Assembly (NCBI GenBank): GCA_036171455.1
Contig: JAVHRB010000049.1
Coordinates: forward strand, 1-39,742
Origin: Patescibacteria group bacterium
GTDB taxonomy: Bacteria > Patescibacteriota > Gracilibacteria > BD1-5 > UBA2023
Length of the DNA: 39,742 nt
Direction of reading: 5' to 3'
The notes below the pieces were generated by a model. The model saw nothing but the letters and a program-made list of their open reading frames with translations, was not told the origin of the DNA and made no database searches. Shown piece by piece: positions 1 through 10,761 of the stretch; the first letter of the stretch is position 1, and each line of letters begins with the position of its first letter. Made by a program: the position numbers and the translations under genes.

Positions 1-2048
1 GCGAAATCACAAAGCGGTAGCCCACGCAGCAAGCTGACGGGGAAAAGAGATTTTGAAACAATTTCGATTTCTCCGGTACTCCCGTTGATTTTGACGTACT
101 CCCCTATTGTATATTTTCGGTTTCCGACGACAAGCACGGGCAAATGCTTTTCCCGGGCAATGATGGCCAGATGTGACAAGAATCCTCAGTTTTCAGATAC
201 GATGCCTTGGATACTGGGAAAATACCGGGTGAGTCGTGGGGAAAGTATATCGGTATACAAAATTTTTGGTTCCAATTCGGAGGAATCGAGCATCGTTTCG
301 GTAACCAGATACCCCTGCGCTTCGCCTTGAGAGATTCCACTGCTTTGCTGCCTTTCCGGATGCCATCTCCGGGAGAGTTTGGATGGAAAATGAAAAACTG
401 CATACGAATCATACTCTCGCTTTCGTTCGATACATGCGACTTCGTTCAAATCCATATCCAATAGCTCTCCTATCGTGTGAAAATACGCGTTTCTCGGATT
501 TCAAAACACCATTCATGATATTTTCAAAACGAACTTTCTCAATTCGTTCAGATTTTTTATCATCAAAATTCTCGCGAATTCTCGGTATTGCTGGTAGATC
601 AATGCTGTAAATACCGGTATCCGATAAGCATTCTTTCTCCAATCCGGAAGCGCATTCCACCAGTCGAAAACGACAGTTGAAACGATCGATGTATCACTTG
701 CAGTGGAAAAAAACACATCCTCATCTGAAATTTCCAACGTGTTACCGATATACGAGGACATTTTTGGTTTGGAAATACCGATTTGGAAATCCGGATTGAA
801 AAATTCGGGCCTGGTTCACAAGATTTCTGAGATGCCAATCTTTTCATTTTTCAACAGCAATTCCAATTTTTTCAAATACTTAGCAGCAAAAATATTCACT
901 TCGAAAATAATCTCGTAGTCCGATAGGAAACATTGGAGCGATTGGGCAAAGTTCCCCTGGGATTTTTCTGAATCCAAAGCCTTTTTCAATCATATTACTA
1001 ATGAATCGTTCGATTTAAGAAACAGGGTATGGAAGATATTTTTTACCGTCGTAAGAATCGAAGCTATCCCGTGAAATCATAGGGAATGGGAATCTCCCGA
1101 AAAATCCAGTGTGGAAAGCAGAGTTTTTAATTCCGAATCCCGATCAATATAGAGTTCGTTTCCTACGATTCTCAAAAAATCATTCGGAACGTAGGTAATT
1201 CGGTGTTTCGTGTAGACGTTCATAACAGGACCATTTTTCTCGTATATCCGTTGTAATAGTGACAAGGTAAAAGGAGAAGGTCGTGCTGCAATCTCGGAAA
1301 CTTCGGTTTTTTCCAAATCGGGATATGAAAGATTTTTGAGAGCTTGGTCGACAAAAAGCAATTCCTGATATTTATCATGGGAAATCGTCGTAATGGGACG
1401 AGTTTGGAGAAAATACAATTTGCCATTTTTTACGCACCACTCGATGTCCTGAGGAAATCCAGATCGAAGCTCGATATCTTGGAAAATGCTCGCATCGAAA
1501 CCGCAAATTTTCATCCGTTCGTTCCAGTACGCGGATTTATTCGTGGGAACGATTTTCCCGCTCACGAGGTCTTCTCCGATTCCCGCATGGTATTCCACTA
1601 CCATTTCCCTCGACCCATTCGGGTTACGGGTGAAGCAGACTCCGGAAAAATCGGCTGGTACGTATTCCTGGACTATCAGAGAAAGGGTATCGGATTTGCC
1701 TCAGGACATTTCCTGGGATTTTGTTATGGTCTCTCGTATGGCTGTTTCGAGCCGTTCCGGGGGGATGTCGATTTCGGTATGAAATTGTCCAGCCATGGAT
1801 GATTGCTCGCCATCCTCTAGCAGAGAAGATGATCGCACGGCGTAGGAGATTTTGGGGAACGAATCGCGGATATTGTTACAGAGTTTCACAAGCTGAGAGA
1901 AATCATTTCAAACGAAAATTATCGTGCTCGTCGGCAAGGCAAGGAACGGAGGCACAGAAAACCCAAAATCGACGAGTCGTTTGAGATTTTTCGTTTTACT
2001 TCCGATACCGGCCGTTTCATCCGATAGGTCGTTTTGCTCGATATACAT
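1..2048 (-). CDS. PEP-utilising enzyme family protein (PPDK_N-type ATP-grasp domain, unknown middle region, swivelling phospho-His PEP-mobile domain); C-terminus runs off the window start
   Basis: ATG at 2046-2048 (MYIEQNDLSDETAGIGSKTKNLKRLVDFGFSVPPF). YAVRSSSLLEDGEQSSMAGQ and FPQDIEWCVKNGKLYFLQTRPIT are PPDK_N signatures. IVSEN-G-GFLSHLAIIAREKHLPVLVVG (first G = TGA 186-188) is the GGxxSHxAIxARE swivel-His motif. Track ORFs 1701-1889, 1077-1604, 513-761 and 186-461 share one frame and are joined only by TGA. The gaps between them translate without TAA/TAG. Confidence 0.8.
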
Positions 2049-2064
2049 GCTGAAAAACTGAAAA

Positions 2065-3297
2065 TTACGACTCCCAAAACCTGCCGAGAAATATGGCGCC
2101 TCGCTTTTCTAATTCTATCCCCGTCAATCTCGCATCAAAACAATTTACGTATCCGTCGCAAACGACGATAACCCGAGATCCTTTCGGAACCTGGGAAAAA
2201 ACACTTTCAATTTCAGAAGTCGGGGTGGACAGGATCGGAATGGAAACCGCTCCATCCCGATGCTTGGCAGAGTACTTTTCAGCCCCTCTCGAATCGACGA
2301 AAATGACTCCGCGTTTGGACTTTTCCAAAAGCTGCGCCGGAGTGAATACCAATCGGTAATTCTCCTGGTTATAGACTTTATTGAAATTGATCTTTCCTTC
2401 CCATGTTCCTCAGAACTCCACCCAACCATTGGCACCGCTTTCGAGGTACTTGGCCGCGATTTTTTTCGAGTCCAGGAATTCGGTAACTTCTTTGCCGCGA
2501 ATCCCCGACCAGCAGAGCACATAAATAAAGCGATCTTTAGGGAGTTCCACCCATCTGCCAGCCTGGAGATCGGCAAATCGGATATGGAGGCTCCCCGACA
2601 TATGACCGAGGTCGTACTCCAAATTTTCCCGGGCATCGAGAACGATATAACTCCCTTCCGGCTTTTTGAGTTCTTTGGCAAAATCGGCATTCGAAATCTT
2701 CCGATCGGAACTCCGATTGAGAAAATAAAAAAGTTCGTCGGCATTGACTAGAGTATTGCCGGAACCCGAAACCATTTGAACTTGCGATCCAGAATTTTCC
2801 GGAATAAGAATGCCGTTTGTAGTAGGAAAAGAAGTGTTTTGATTGGCAATTCCATCCTGTATCAAAACCTCCTCGGTTGATTCTGGAGGAGATACATGAA
2901 CTTCCTTAATCCATTGCCGGTTCGGTGTATCCTGTTCATTCTGCTGATAATATAAATCGTACGCATAGGCTCAAATTCAGGAAATCGCTATGAGAATTAC
3001 TAGGGAAACCAGCCAGAATTTCACTTTGTTATTGATAAAAGCCCCTCGGACAAATTGCAAAAAGATGGAAAATATCCCAGCGGACAAGGCAAAAGCTACT
3101 GCAAAAAAACTTCCAAATTGCGATGCTACCTGAATGATGAAATCCGGAGGTGGAACGGCAAAGGCATTATCCGTGTTACAAATATACATGAGTAACGCTG
3201 CGCAGAGTCCGATTCTGGATAGTTTTTTCATGCTTGATTTTGGATTTGAATCAAAGTATATGTAATTTTTTTTATTGAACATGGGGAAATCATTCAA
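2065..3297 (-). CDS. membrane-anchored tandem rhodanese-domain protein (sulfurtransferase-like)
   Basis: ORFs 2977-3297, 2410-2865 and 2065-2352 share one frame and are joined by TGA 2977-2979 and 2410-2412. The true stop is TAA 2065-2067. The N-terminus is hydrophobic (MKKLSRIGLCAALL, LVSLVILIAIS). Domain 1 has the CxxxxR active-site loop (YVLCWSGIRGKE); domain 2 (VVCDGYVNCFD) lacks the Arg. The start may instead be the internal ATG 3229-3231. Confidence 0.8.
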
Positions 3298-3515
3298 AAT
3301 TTACCGACTCACCATGGTGAACTACAAAACTAACGAAAAGCACATGATTTATGAAAGTTTTAAATCGAAAAAACAAAAAACGCAGAAATCGACAAGGAGT
3401 TCTCTACCACGAGAAATCTGAAGCCAAATTTGAGTACCGTAGTGAGGCGTACGATAGTACGTTGAACGAGGAACGGAACATTTGACAAGGAGTTCGCGTT
3501 TTGCCAGGGTTCTGT

Positions 3516-4601
3516 CTACGCTCCGAATTTGAAAAGCATGACATCCCCATCCTGTACCACGTATTCCTTCCCTTCCATCTTCACTTTTCCCTTTTCACGA
3601 GCTGGAGCCCAGCCTCCGGATTCGACGAGATCATTCCATTTTACCACGTCGGCCTTGATGAATTTTTTCTGAAAATCAGTATGGATGACACCGGCAGCTT
3701 CTGGAGCGGTCCAACCCTTTTTGATAGTCCAGGCACGGACTTCGATTTCCCCGGCGGTAAAATAGTATTGAAGTCCCAGTAAATCATAACAAGTCTTAAT
3801 AACCACATCCGTAGGATTGAAATTGATACCCAGGGAATCGAGGTATTCCCGGCGGTCCGCCTCGGAAAATTCCATCATTTCTATTTCGAGTTTGGCACTA
3901 ATTGGCAATACCGGAGCTTTCGAATCGATACCAGTCAATGCACGGAGTTCTGATTCGGACTGCAATACTTCACCTTCATCGACGTTTACTGCGTATATAA
4001 AGGGTTTGTTCGTCAGGAGAAACAGATCTTTCAATAGCTCAGATTCCTCGGGAGTTCGCTCAAAATCAATGGCAAGTGCCCCGGATTCGAGATGTGGTTT
4101 GAGTCGTATATAAATTTCTGCTCGAGCTTTAGCATCCTTATCGCCAGAACGAGATTTTTTGTCGTTGTCACCCATTCGTCGCTCGAGAGAATCGAGATCG
4201 GCGATGATAAGCTCGGCATTGATAACTTCGATATCTCGCTTTACATTAACAGAACCGTTGACATGATGAACGTTACTATCAGAAAATCCGCGCACCACCT
4301 GGAGAATAGCGTCTACCTGACGAATATGAGAAAGGAATTTGTTTCCGAGTCCTTCACCCTTGGATGCTCATTCGACGAGTCCGGCAATATCCACGAATTC
4401 CACGTTCGCAGGGACGATTTTTGAACCATTGACCGTGACGCGGAGTTTTTCGAGCCTATCGTCGTGAACATTGACGATACCCACGTTCGGCTCTATAGTA
4501 CAGAACGGAAAATTGGCGGCTTCTGCCGCATATGACTTGGTCAATGCATTGAACAAGGTTGATTTCCCTACGTTGGGAAGTCCGACGATTCCTACTTTCA
4601 T
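3516..4601 (-). CDS. ychF: ribosome-binding ATPase YchF (Obg-like GTPase family)
   Basis: [22 protein letters not shown]-loop and [10 protein letters not shown] are present. In [20 protein letters not shown] the G is TGA 4368-4370. The C-terminal end reads [14 protein letters not shown]. Stop is TAG 3516-3518. Length is 361 codons, typical for YchF. Confidence 0.95.
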
Positions 4602-4604
4602 ATT

Positions 4605-4919
4605 TTAATAAATTTCAACTTGACTGGGGGTTCCACCGACGGTATTTTTAGCATCTTTTACAACCGGAACTACCCCATATTCACTGAATACGACGTAGAA
4701 TCCGATGATGGTCATAATGAGCAGTATGATACCGACAAGACGAGTTACTGGACGCACGTGCGTCGAATATTCCCGAAATTTATAGATATGGATTTTGGCA
4801 ATCAAGTAAAAACTCCAAACCATAAGGAGGAGCGTAACGAGGATTGCGAAATACAGCCAAAATGCGAACATAGTGCTATGGTATCGAAAAAACGGAAAAA
4901 ACAAAATAATATCATTCAA
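4605..4919 (-). CDS. small integral membrane protein, unknown function
   Basis: TTG start 4917-4919 with AGGAG about 7 nt upstream; alternative ATG 4869-4871 (MFAFWLYFAILVTLLLMVW). Two hydrophobic helices. TAA 4605-4607 abuts the ychF start, and the gene begins 9 nt after the murF-like stop, so it sits in an operon context. Confidence 0.6.
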   Translation of the reverse strand: MNDIILFFPFFRYHSTMFAFWLYFAILVTLLLMVWSFYLIAKIHIYKFREYSTHVRPVTRLVGIILLIMTIIGFYVVFSEYGVVPVVKDAKNTVGGTPSQVEIY

Positions 4920-4928
4920 ACCGTACTC

Positions 4929-6236
4929 CTAAACTGGGGCGATGAGGGTGAAATACTCACTTTTCTTTTTCAACCAGCGGTGAGACTGTCGACAAAGGTT
5001 GTCAGAATCTCGCATGTCGAAAAGAAATTCCTTAATTCCTTCTTCGAGAAAAATTGTGTTTTGACTTCCTTTTACGAAAATAACCTTCTGTCACTCGATC
5101 TCATAGAGGATTTCCCTCACCCGTTGTCCGGCGATTTTCGAATTCGCATAATGATATACCCGGGCTTCTCCGAGGTATTCACGAAGGGTTTCTAGAACAT
5201 ATTTTTGCATGTTTTCTCCTACGAGAACCACAAAAGCCGGGGCTAGTAATTTGATTCTTTCCGCGATATCACGATGCAATTCCTCGGATTCTCCGCCGAG
5301 TTCCCGCATATCCCCAATAAACAGACATTTATGCAGATCTAAAGGTAATTCACTGAGATATTCGATTCCTGCAGCTATCGATTCGTGGCTTCCATTGTAG
5401 CTTCCATCAATAATTGTAGTATCGTTGACCCCATGTAAAATAGAGCCTCTTCCTTTTTGTGGGACGAGGTCTTCGAAAATTCCAGTAACTTCACGAATAT
5501 CGCGTCCCAAAAATTGCGCGAGTGCAAAAACTGGAAGAATATTATATGACTGGTGTGAACCAACCACGGGGACTTTTACTGGGATACAAACATCGACCAG
5601 TTCCACATCGAATACCAGTCCTTCCAGGGTTGATTGAACTTGGATTGCCCGAAAATCAACTGGTTCGACGGATTTCCGACCAAATGAAAGCACGTGTTCA
5701 TGCGGATGTTCGGATAGATACCGGCGGATTTTAGAATCATCGGCATTAATGATACAGTTTTTCGATTTTGGAATGAGTTTGAGCTTTTCCTCAACATATT
5801 GGTCATAGCTATCAAAATTCTCGACATGATTTTTGGAAATAGCAAGAATCACTGCAACATCCGGTTCGCAGATGCTCGTAAGGTAATCCATTTCTCCCGG
5901 ATGATCGATGCCGTATTCCAATACGAGATATTTCGGATATTCCTTTGCAAAAAAAGCCAACCAAATCCCCCGAATAAACACTCAAATCCACAAAAAAGGA
6001 TTGCTGTGAGGAGAAGTGGATTGCATAATAGTTAGTGGCACCCCATATTCACCATTGTAATTGTGGATCGATACTCCAACGGAATAGCTCCCATATAAAG
6101 CTCAGAGCGCGTCTGATAGGAAATGGGCTGTCGTAGATTTGCCAACCGTTCCGGAAATAGCCACCACATATGGCGAGTGGCGTTTGATAATCCGAGCCGA
6201 AAGGTATCGGAGTATTTTTAGTGCGATTTGTTTCAT
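4929..6236 (-). CDS. murF: Mur ligase family protein, MurF-like (UDP-MurNAc-tripeptide--D-Ala-D-Ala ligase) with a very short N-terminal region
   Basis: VVAISGTVGKSTT P-loop. DGSYNGSHESIAAGIEYL and FIGDMRELGGESEELH match the MurF-type DDSYNANP and GDMxELG motifs. C-terminal VIFVKGSQNTIFLEE. ORFs 6102-6290 and 5091-5981 are joined by TGA 6102-6104. TGA 5091-5093 is read through to TAG 4929-4931. Start is ATG 6234-6236 (GTG 6288-6290 is possible). Confidence 0.78.
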
Positions 6237-6376
6237 AAAACGTGCCAAGTATAACGAACTAAAATATAAGTCAAAACATAGATTTTTCACGAATACAAGG
6301 GTTTATATGAAAAGTCTATTTGCGTTCACGAAAAACTCTCTATAATACCATTCATAATATTCGTTACACCTCGCTT

Positions 6377-6754
6377 ATGGCGCAAATTACAAAAGATGGT
6401 TTTGTTTTTACCATTATAGATGAAATTGAACAACAGTACTCGGAACTCGTAAAACTGGTCCTAGCTACCGAGAGTATGGACAACTCCGAAAAGCAGTATT
6501 GGTTCGATATTCTTCCTTCTATGTCCAACGATCAGATTGATCGATTATTTGATATTTTGGAAACCGAAAGAAAGAAATTGGAAGAATTAGAAATACGGTA
6601 CCAAGAAGAAATTCAGAACCTCAACGAAAAACACCTCATTGAATGGCAAGAATTCCAGTCCAAAGATACCCGGGATAAAGTTTCTCAGGCAGAAGCCAAA
6701 GATAAAAAGGATGATGATACGGACAGCATTCTCTCCATGCTCAATAACATCTAA
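6377..6754 (+). CDS. hypothetical acidic coiled-coil protein
   Basis: First ATG at 6377 (MAQITKDGFVFTIIDEIEQQYSELVK...ERKKLEELEIRYQEEIQNLNEKH). TAA 6752-6754, followed by a hairpin terminator. No family recognised. Confidence 0.6.
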   Translation: MAQITKDGFVFTIIDEIEQQYSELVKLVLATESMDNSEKQYWFDILPSMSNDQIDRLFDILETERKKLEELEIRYQEEIQNLNEKHLIEWQEFQSKDTRDKVSQAEAKDKKDDDTDSILSMLNNI

Positions 6755-6760
6755 CCAACA

Positions 6761-6785
6761 AAGTCCGATTCCATCGGACTTTTTG
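6761..6785 (+). terminator. rho-independent terminator hairpin
   Basis: aagtccgat (6761-6769), loop tcc, atcggactt (6773-6781): a perfect 9-bp stem running into a T-run (6780-6784), 7 nt after the TAA of the upstream gene. Confidence 0.7.
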
Positions 6786-6791
6786 AAACCT

Positions 6792-8717
6792 ATGCTTACC
6801 TCGCGCATTTACAAACACCACCCCGACGAACGTACTATCCAAGTCTCCACGAAGCGTATTCAACTCAATGATCGTTCCACGCTCTACTTTCAAATTTTCG
6901 CGGAACAAAGCGCGGTAATTGCGCTGTTGGAATCTCAAATCGTCGAACTTTGTACCGATTACCAGCTTCGCAAAGAAAGTGAAGAAATTTTCTTTTCCAA
7001 GCTGCTTGCGGGCGTCAACCGTATGATTCAAGGACAGTCGCATACTTTTTCTCGATCGTGACTCCGAGCTTTTCTCGGGATTATTCGAGGATCAGAACTC
7101 CAGTTTTCCATCTGCGGCAACTATCAAACGTACCTTCAACAAGAAGATACCGTGATAAATATCGCCGATGGAATGAGTACCAGCGAAATGGAATTTTCCT
7201 ACGTTTCCAACGGTTCTATCCAGCCGGGAAACAGTTTGTTCGTATCCAATCGCGACCTTCTCAGTTTCCTCACCAAAGAAGACCTGTGAGAATTCAGTCT
7301 CGACCACGACCCATCCATTATAGAAAATCTTATTTCTCGAGAAGCCCCAGACGAAGTGGTTGACTGCCTCCTCTTCTTTTACGAAGAACATAATATCACG
7401 GAACCACTCAAACGTTTCTGAAGGTCTGGTCCGAACTTTTTCGATACTGCAAAAGAATTTATTGGTACGGGATATCGAGGTATTGCTGAGAAAATAAAGA
7501 CCTTAGAGCTGAAAGAGCGATATGAATCTGCTATTTCACATCCAAAAATCCAAGCATTCGCCAAAAAGAAGTCCGTCAGAATTGGTATGTTCGTGATTGG
7601 TATAACCGTTTCACTCTCCCTGCTCATACTTATAGTTCGGTCAGTTTTCTATACCAGTATGACGACTGCCGTTCCCGAAGAATACAAAACTAAACTTATA
7701 GAAGCGGAACAAATTATTGGAAAATCGACACGGGATATCGCCAATCGGGAACTTTTCAAGGAAAGCATTTCCAAGGCGGAAGCCCTCGTATTCGAAGTTC
7801 GGGACAAAAAAATGTTTGCAAACGACGTCAAAAGTCTCCTAGACAAAATTTCTGTTCTCAAACGGCAACTCAACGGGATTGAAAGTATCAGTCTAGACAA
7901 CAAACCCGCCGATTATTTATTGCCAGCAGGTACGATGCCGATAGCACTCCTCGAAAATACCAAGAAAAATTACGTCGTAGCGAGCAAAGGGATATACGGA
8001 CCGTTCGTTAAGGGAACCGAAACGAAATTCCTCGCGTTTCCCGATGACGAAACAGCGAAAAGCGCAGATATTACTACCGAGGGAAATATTTTCATCCTCA
8101 CGAATAATAATAAAATCATTCGTTTTTCTAAAGGCGTTTTCAGCTACATCAACGTAGAAGGACAAACGACTTGGGAGGCAAGTTCCAACATTAAAACCTT
8201 CATCGGGAATATCTATCTCCTCTCCGAAGACGGTACCCAAATCTACAAACACCGGCCAGGAGTCGTGGGATTCAGTGCGAAAGTTCCCATGATTGAAGGT
8301 TCGCTCATGGGAAAAAACGTTCTGGACTTTACGATCGACGGAGGATTTTACGTACTCCAATCCGACCTTTCTGTAGAAAAGTATTTCACTGTACCAAGTT
8401 TTTCTCGTACCGGAATTCTCTTGAATAAATTACCAGACAATTATCGAGTTTCTGGCGATCATCCAACAAAAATCTATACGGTCTCGAGTTCGAACTTTGT
8501 CTATATGCTCATTGATGGACGGGTATGGATTTTTGAGCCGGATTCCAAGAATTTCAAAAATATCCATGGAATCAAATATGTGGGACAGTTGGAAGTAACC
8601 GGACAAAGTATCAGTTCTCTCCTGGCTCCGAAAGACGGAGAAATAAACGTAGTCACCGAAAAAGGGATTTCCAACGTCAAATTCGAAGTTTCCGATAGCA
8701 AGATTATTCTCCGCTAA
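6792..8717 (+). CDS. single-pass membrane protein: cytoplasmic PP2C-like (apparently degenerate) domain, TM helix, extracytoplasmic beta-propeller-like repeats
   Basis: ATG 6792. ORFs 6639-7061 and 7587-8717 share one frame, bridged by a TAA/TAG-free stretch with TGA at 7059, 7287 and 7419. LGIIRGSELQFSICGNYQTYLQQEDTV and SIQPGNSLFVSNRDLLSFL resemble the PP2C core but lack the usual GDSR Asp. TM helix is MFVIGITVSLSLLILIV. The C-terminal half has repeated beta blocks (NIFILTNNNKIIRF, NIYLLSEDGTQIYKH, GGFYVLQSDLSVEKYF, FVYMLIDGRVWIF). TAA 8715-8717. Confidence 0.7.
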
Positions 8718-8743
8718 TGCTGTATATTACCGAAGGGATTCTC

Positions 8744-9298
8744 ATGGAAAAAATAGAAATTCGGGATCGAGAAAAATCCTATCTCGTTCTCAGTAAGGAC
8801 TTTGGGAAAATGCGTGGTTTCTATAAAGAAACACCAAAAACTACGCCGAGCGATATCGGAAATGTCATAGAAATCGCCATAGAAAGGAAATGAGAAACCA
8901 ATCATATCAAGTCCTGTCGTCCGAAATACGGATTTCACATATCAAATCTCGGTTTCGACGGCGTACACAAATTTCTCCTCATACTGGCGTTTTGTAAAAA
9001 GCAATTGCCCGATGGTGGGGGTGATGGAGCAATATATCGGGATCTGGTTTCTCTGGTCCAACTCTCGGAACATCACGATCCAAATATCCTCCTATTCCTC
9101 TGCGAAGCCCGACTCCTCTCACTGTTCCAACATTGGCCAGAACGATTGAAGAGTACCACTCTCGAAAAAATCAAAGGCCTTGCCGCCGAACACTCTCTCG
9201 AAGAACTTATTAAAATTCAAGGAATTCCTCAAGAACTCTACGAAACTACTCATCTTTACTTTCTACAATCGTATCCATGAACGAATTCATCTATATAA
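8744..9298 (+). CDS. hypothetical protein (weak RecO-like N-terminal OB-fold impression, not established)
   Basis: ATG 8744 (MEKIEIRDREKSYLVLSKDFGKMRGFYKE). Same frame as ORF 9005-9280. In-frame TGA at 8891-8893 and 9278-9280. TAA 9296-9298. Overlaps the pilD start by 22 nt. Confidence 0.5.
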
Positions 9299-10125
9299 CT
9301 ATCGGCATACTGTGAGCTATCCTCGGAAGCTTTGCTTCTGCCGTTATTCCACGAATCAAATACAAGCAGGATTTTGTCGCCGCACGAAGCGAATGTCCAA
9401 ATTGTCACCACCATTTGGGAGTTTTCGACCTATTCCCCATCTTTTCTTTTGTCTTTTTACTCGGAAAATGCCGATACTGCAAAGCAAAAATTCCTCCGTA
9501 TCATTTTCTTTTGGAATGAAGTATGGTCGGCGGATTTCTCCTCGTAGCCATGCGTTTTGTCGATATATCCGCAGTGGTTTTGGGCGATACAGCACAACTG
9601 GCACGACTCATATTCCTGCTGATTTCCATGTTTGTTACGGTGGTGTTTACGGCGTACGACCTCATGTACCTGGAAATTCCAGACGAGTTTATGATTCCTT
9701 TTCTCATTATCGCATTTTTCGTTTTGAGTGGAGCTCAATTTTTGCCGGCTGGTACATTTGAATATTTCATTGCTTTCAAAGATTATGAATACTTAAACGT
9801 AGTATTATATCAAGCATTTTTATGAGGCGTTCCCATCTTCCTTTTTTTCTATCTCCAACGGTTGGTTTCCAATGGAGAATGGATTGGTGGAGGCGATCTG
9901 CGAATCGCCATGTTTATGGGATTTGTCGGAGGGGCAAAAATCGCCTGGGTCTGACTTTTCCTTTCGTATATCATCGGAAGTGTCGTCGGGGTAGTGCTAC
10001 TCGCGATATACCGGAAACGATGAATGCAAATACCATTTTGACCATTTCTCGCCTGTGGCCTATGGGCGTCTATGGTGTGGTATGAACCCATGATTAGCTG
10101 GTATTTAAAATTATCATTAATATAA
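9277..10125 (+). CDS. pilD: prepilin peptidase / N-methyltransferase (peptidase A24, PilD family)
   Basis: ATG 9277. ECPNCHHHLGVFDLFPIFSFVFLLGKCRYCKAKIPPYHFLLE is the Cys4 N-terminal domain. YDLMYLEIPDE and GGGDLRIAMFMGFVGG are the two catalytic Asp regions. IPFGPFLACG is present. Six in-frame TGA, e.g. 10039-10041 = Gly of PFGPFL. TAA 10123-10125. Confidence 0.9.
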
Positions 10126-10203
10126 TAAATTAAATAGTCAATACATCATAAACCGACAAGCGCAAAAAAGAGCATATACTCCTACTAATTTCAAACAAAA
10201 AAT

Positions 10204-10740
10204 ATGACTGATTCCAAAAAAATAGCCGCTATACGCGACCTGATTGAAAGTGCACAAAAATCGATAACGACCGCGAGGAAAATACTTTCCACTATGGGAG
10301 ACGAAACAGAATCCCCCGATATGGAGATAGATTTGAGCGGACTTCAAAGCTATAAGAGCGGTCCGAACAAAATCGTCGAAGGGGTTTTTACCGGTGAAGC
10401 TATGCTCGGATCCGATGGAAACATGTATCCCGTTCCTCAAAATTATGCTTCGAAATCGCATCTTGTCCAAGGGAGCAAACTCAAAGCGACTATGAGTGCT
10501 GATGGAAAAATCACCTACAAAATCATCGAAGAAATCCCCCATGATACCCAAGTTGGTCTTATCACGATGAACCGAGATAAATACCAAGTCGTTTCCGAAG
10601 GCAAAACCTACAACGTACTCACAGCGAGTATAACGTTTCTCAAAGCGAATATTGGGGACAGTGTTTCACTCCGCTTGCCACATGGAAAAGAGGCCACCTA
10701 TGCCACACTCGAAGCCGTCATCCCAAAAGAATCAATATAA
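10204..10740 (+). CDS. hypothetical protein
   Basis: Intact 178-codon ORF even under the standard code (MTDSKKIAAIRDLIESAQKSITTARKIL...GKTYNVLTASITFLKANIGDSVSLRLPHG). TAA 10738-10740. No family recognised. Confidence 0.65.
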   Translation: MTDSKKIAAIRDLIESAQKSITTARKILSTMGDETESPDMEIDLSGLQSYKSGPNKIVEGVFTGEAMLGSDGNMYPVPQNYASKSHLVQGSKLKATMSADGKITYKIIEEIPHDTQVGLITMNRDKYQVVSEGKTYNVLTASITFLKANIGDSVSLRLPHGKEATYATLEAVIPKESI

Positions 10741-10761
10741 TTCCATCTAACTTTTTCCAAT

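Noticed and set aside
2145-2751. 199-aa minus-strand and 163-aa plus-strand ORFs overlapping the rhodanese gene
   Set aside because: They are off-frame or antisense to a frame that carries two recognisable rhodanese domains and the CxxxxR loop.
3391-3495. 12-nt direct repeat gacaaggagttc (3391-3402 and 3484-3495) in the 218-nt gap between the rhodanese gene and ychF
   Set aside because: Neither copy is followed by a start codon or ORF, I could not fold a convincing structure, and it may be chance or a leftover Shine-Dalgarno-like sequence.
6741-7391. Minus-strand ORFs 6741-7043 and 7092-7391, same frame and joined by TGA
   Set aside because: The plus-strand frame joins 6792 to the long ORF ending at 8717 without TAA/TAG and gives a far more protein-like sequence. 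The minus frame also lacks a credible stop, since it reads on into the upstream gene.
8744-9298. Calling this gene recO
   Set aside because: There is only a loose resemblance to the RecO N-terminal OB-fold layout. The protein is about 60 aa shorter than typical RecO and has no Zn-finger Cys motif, so it is left as hypothetical.
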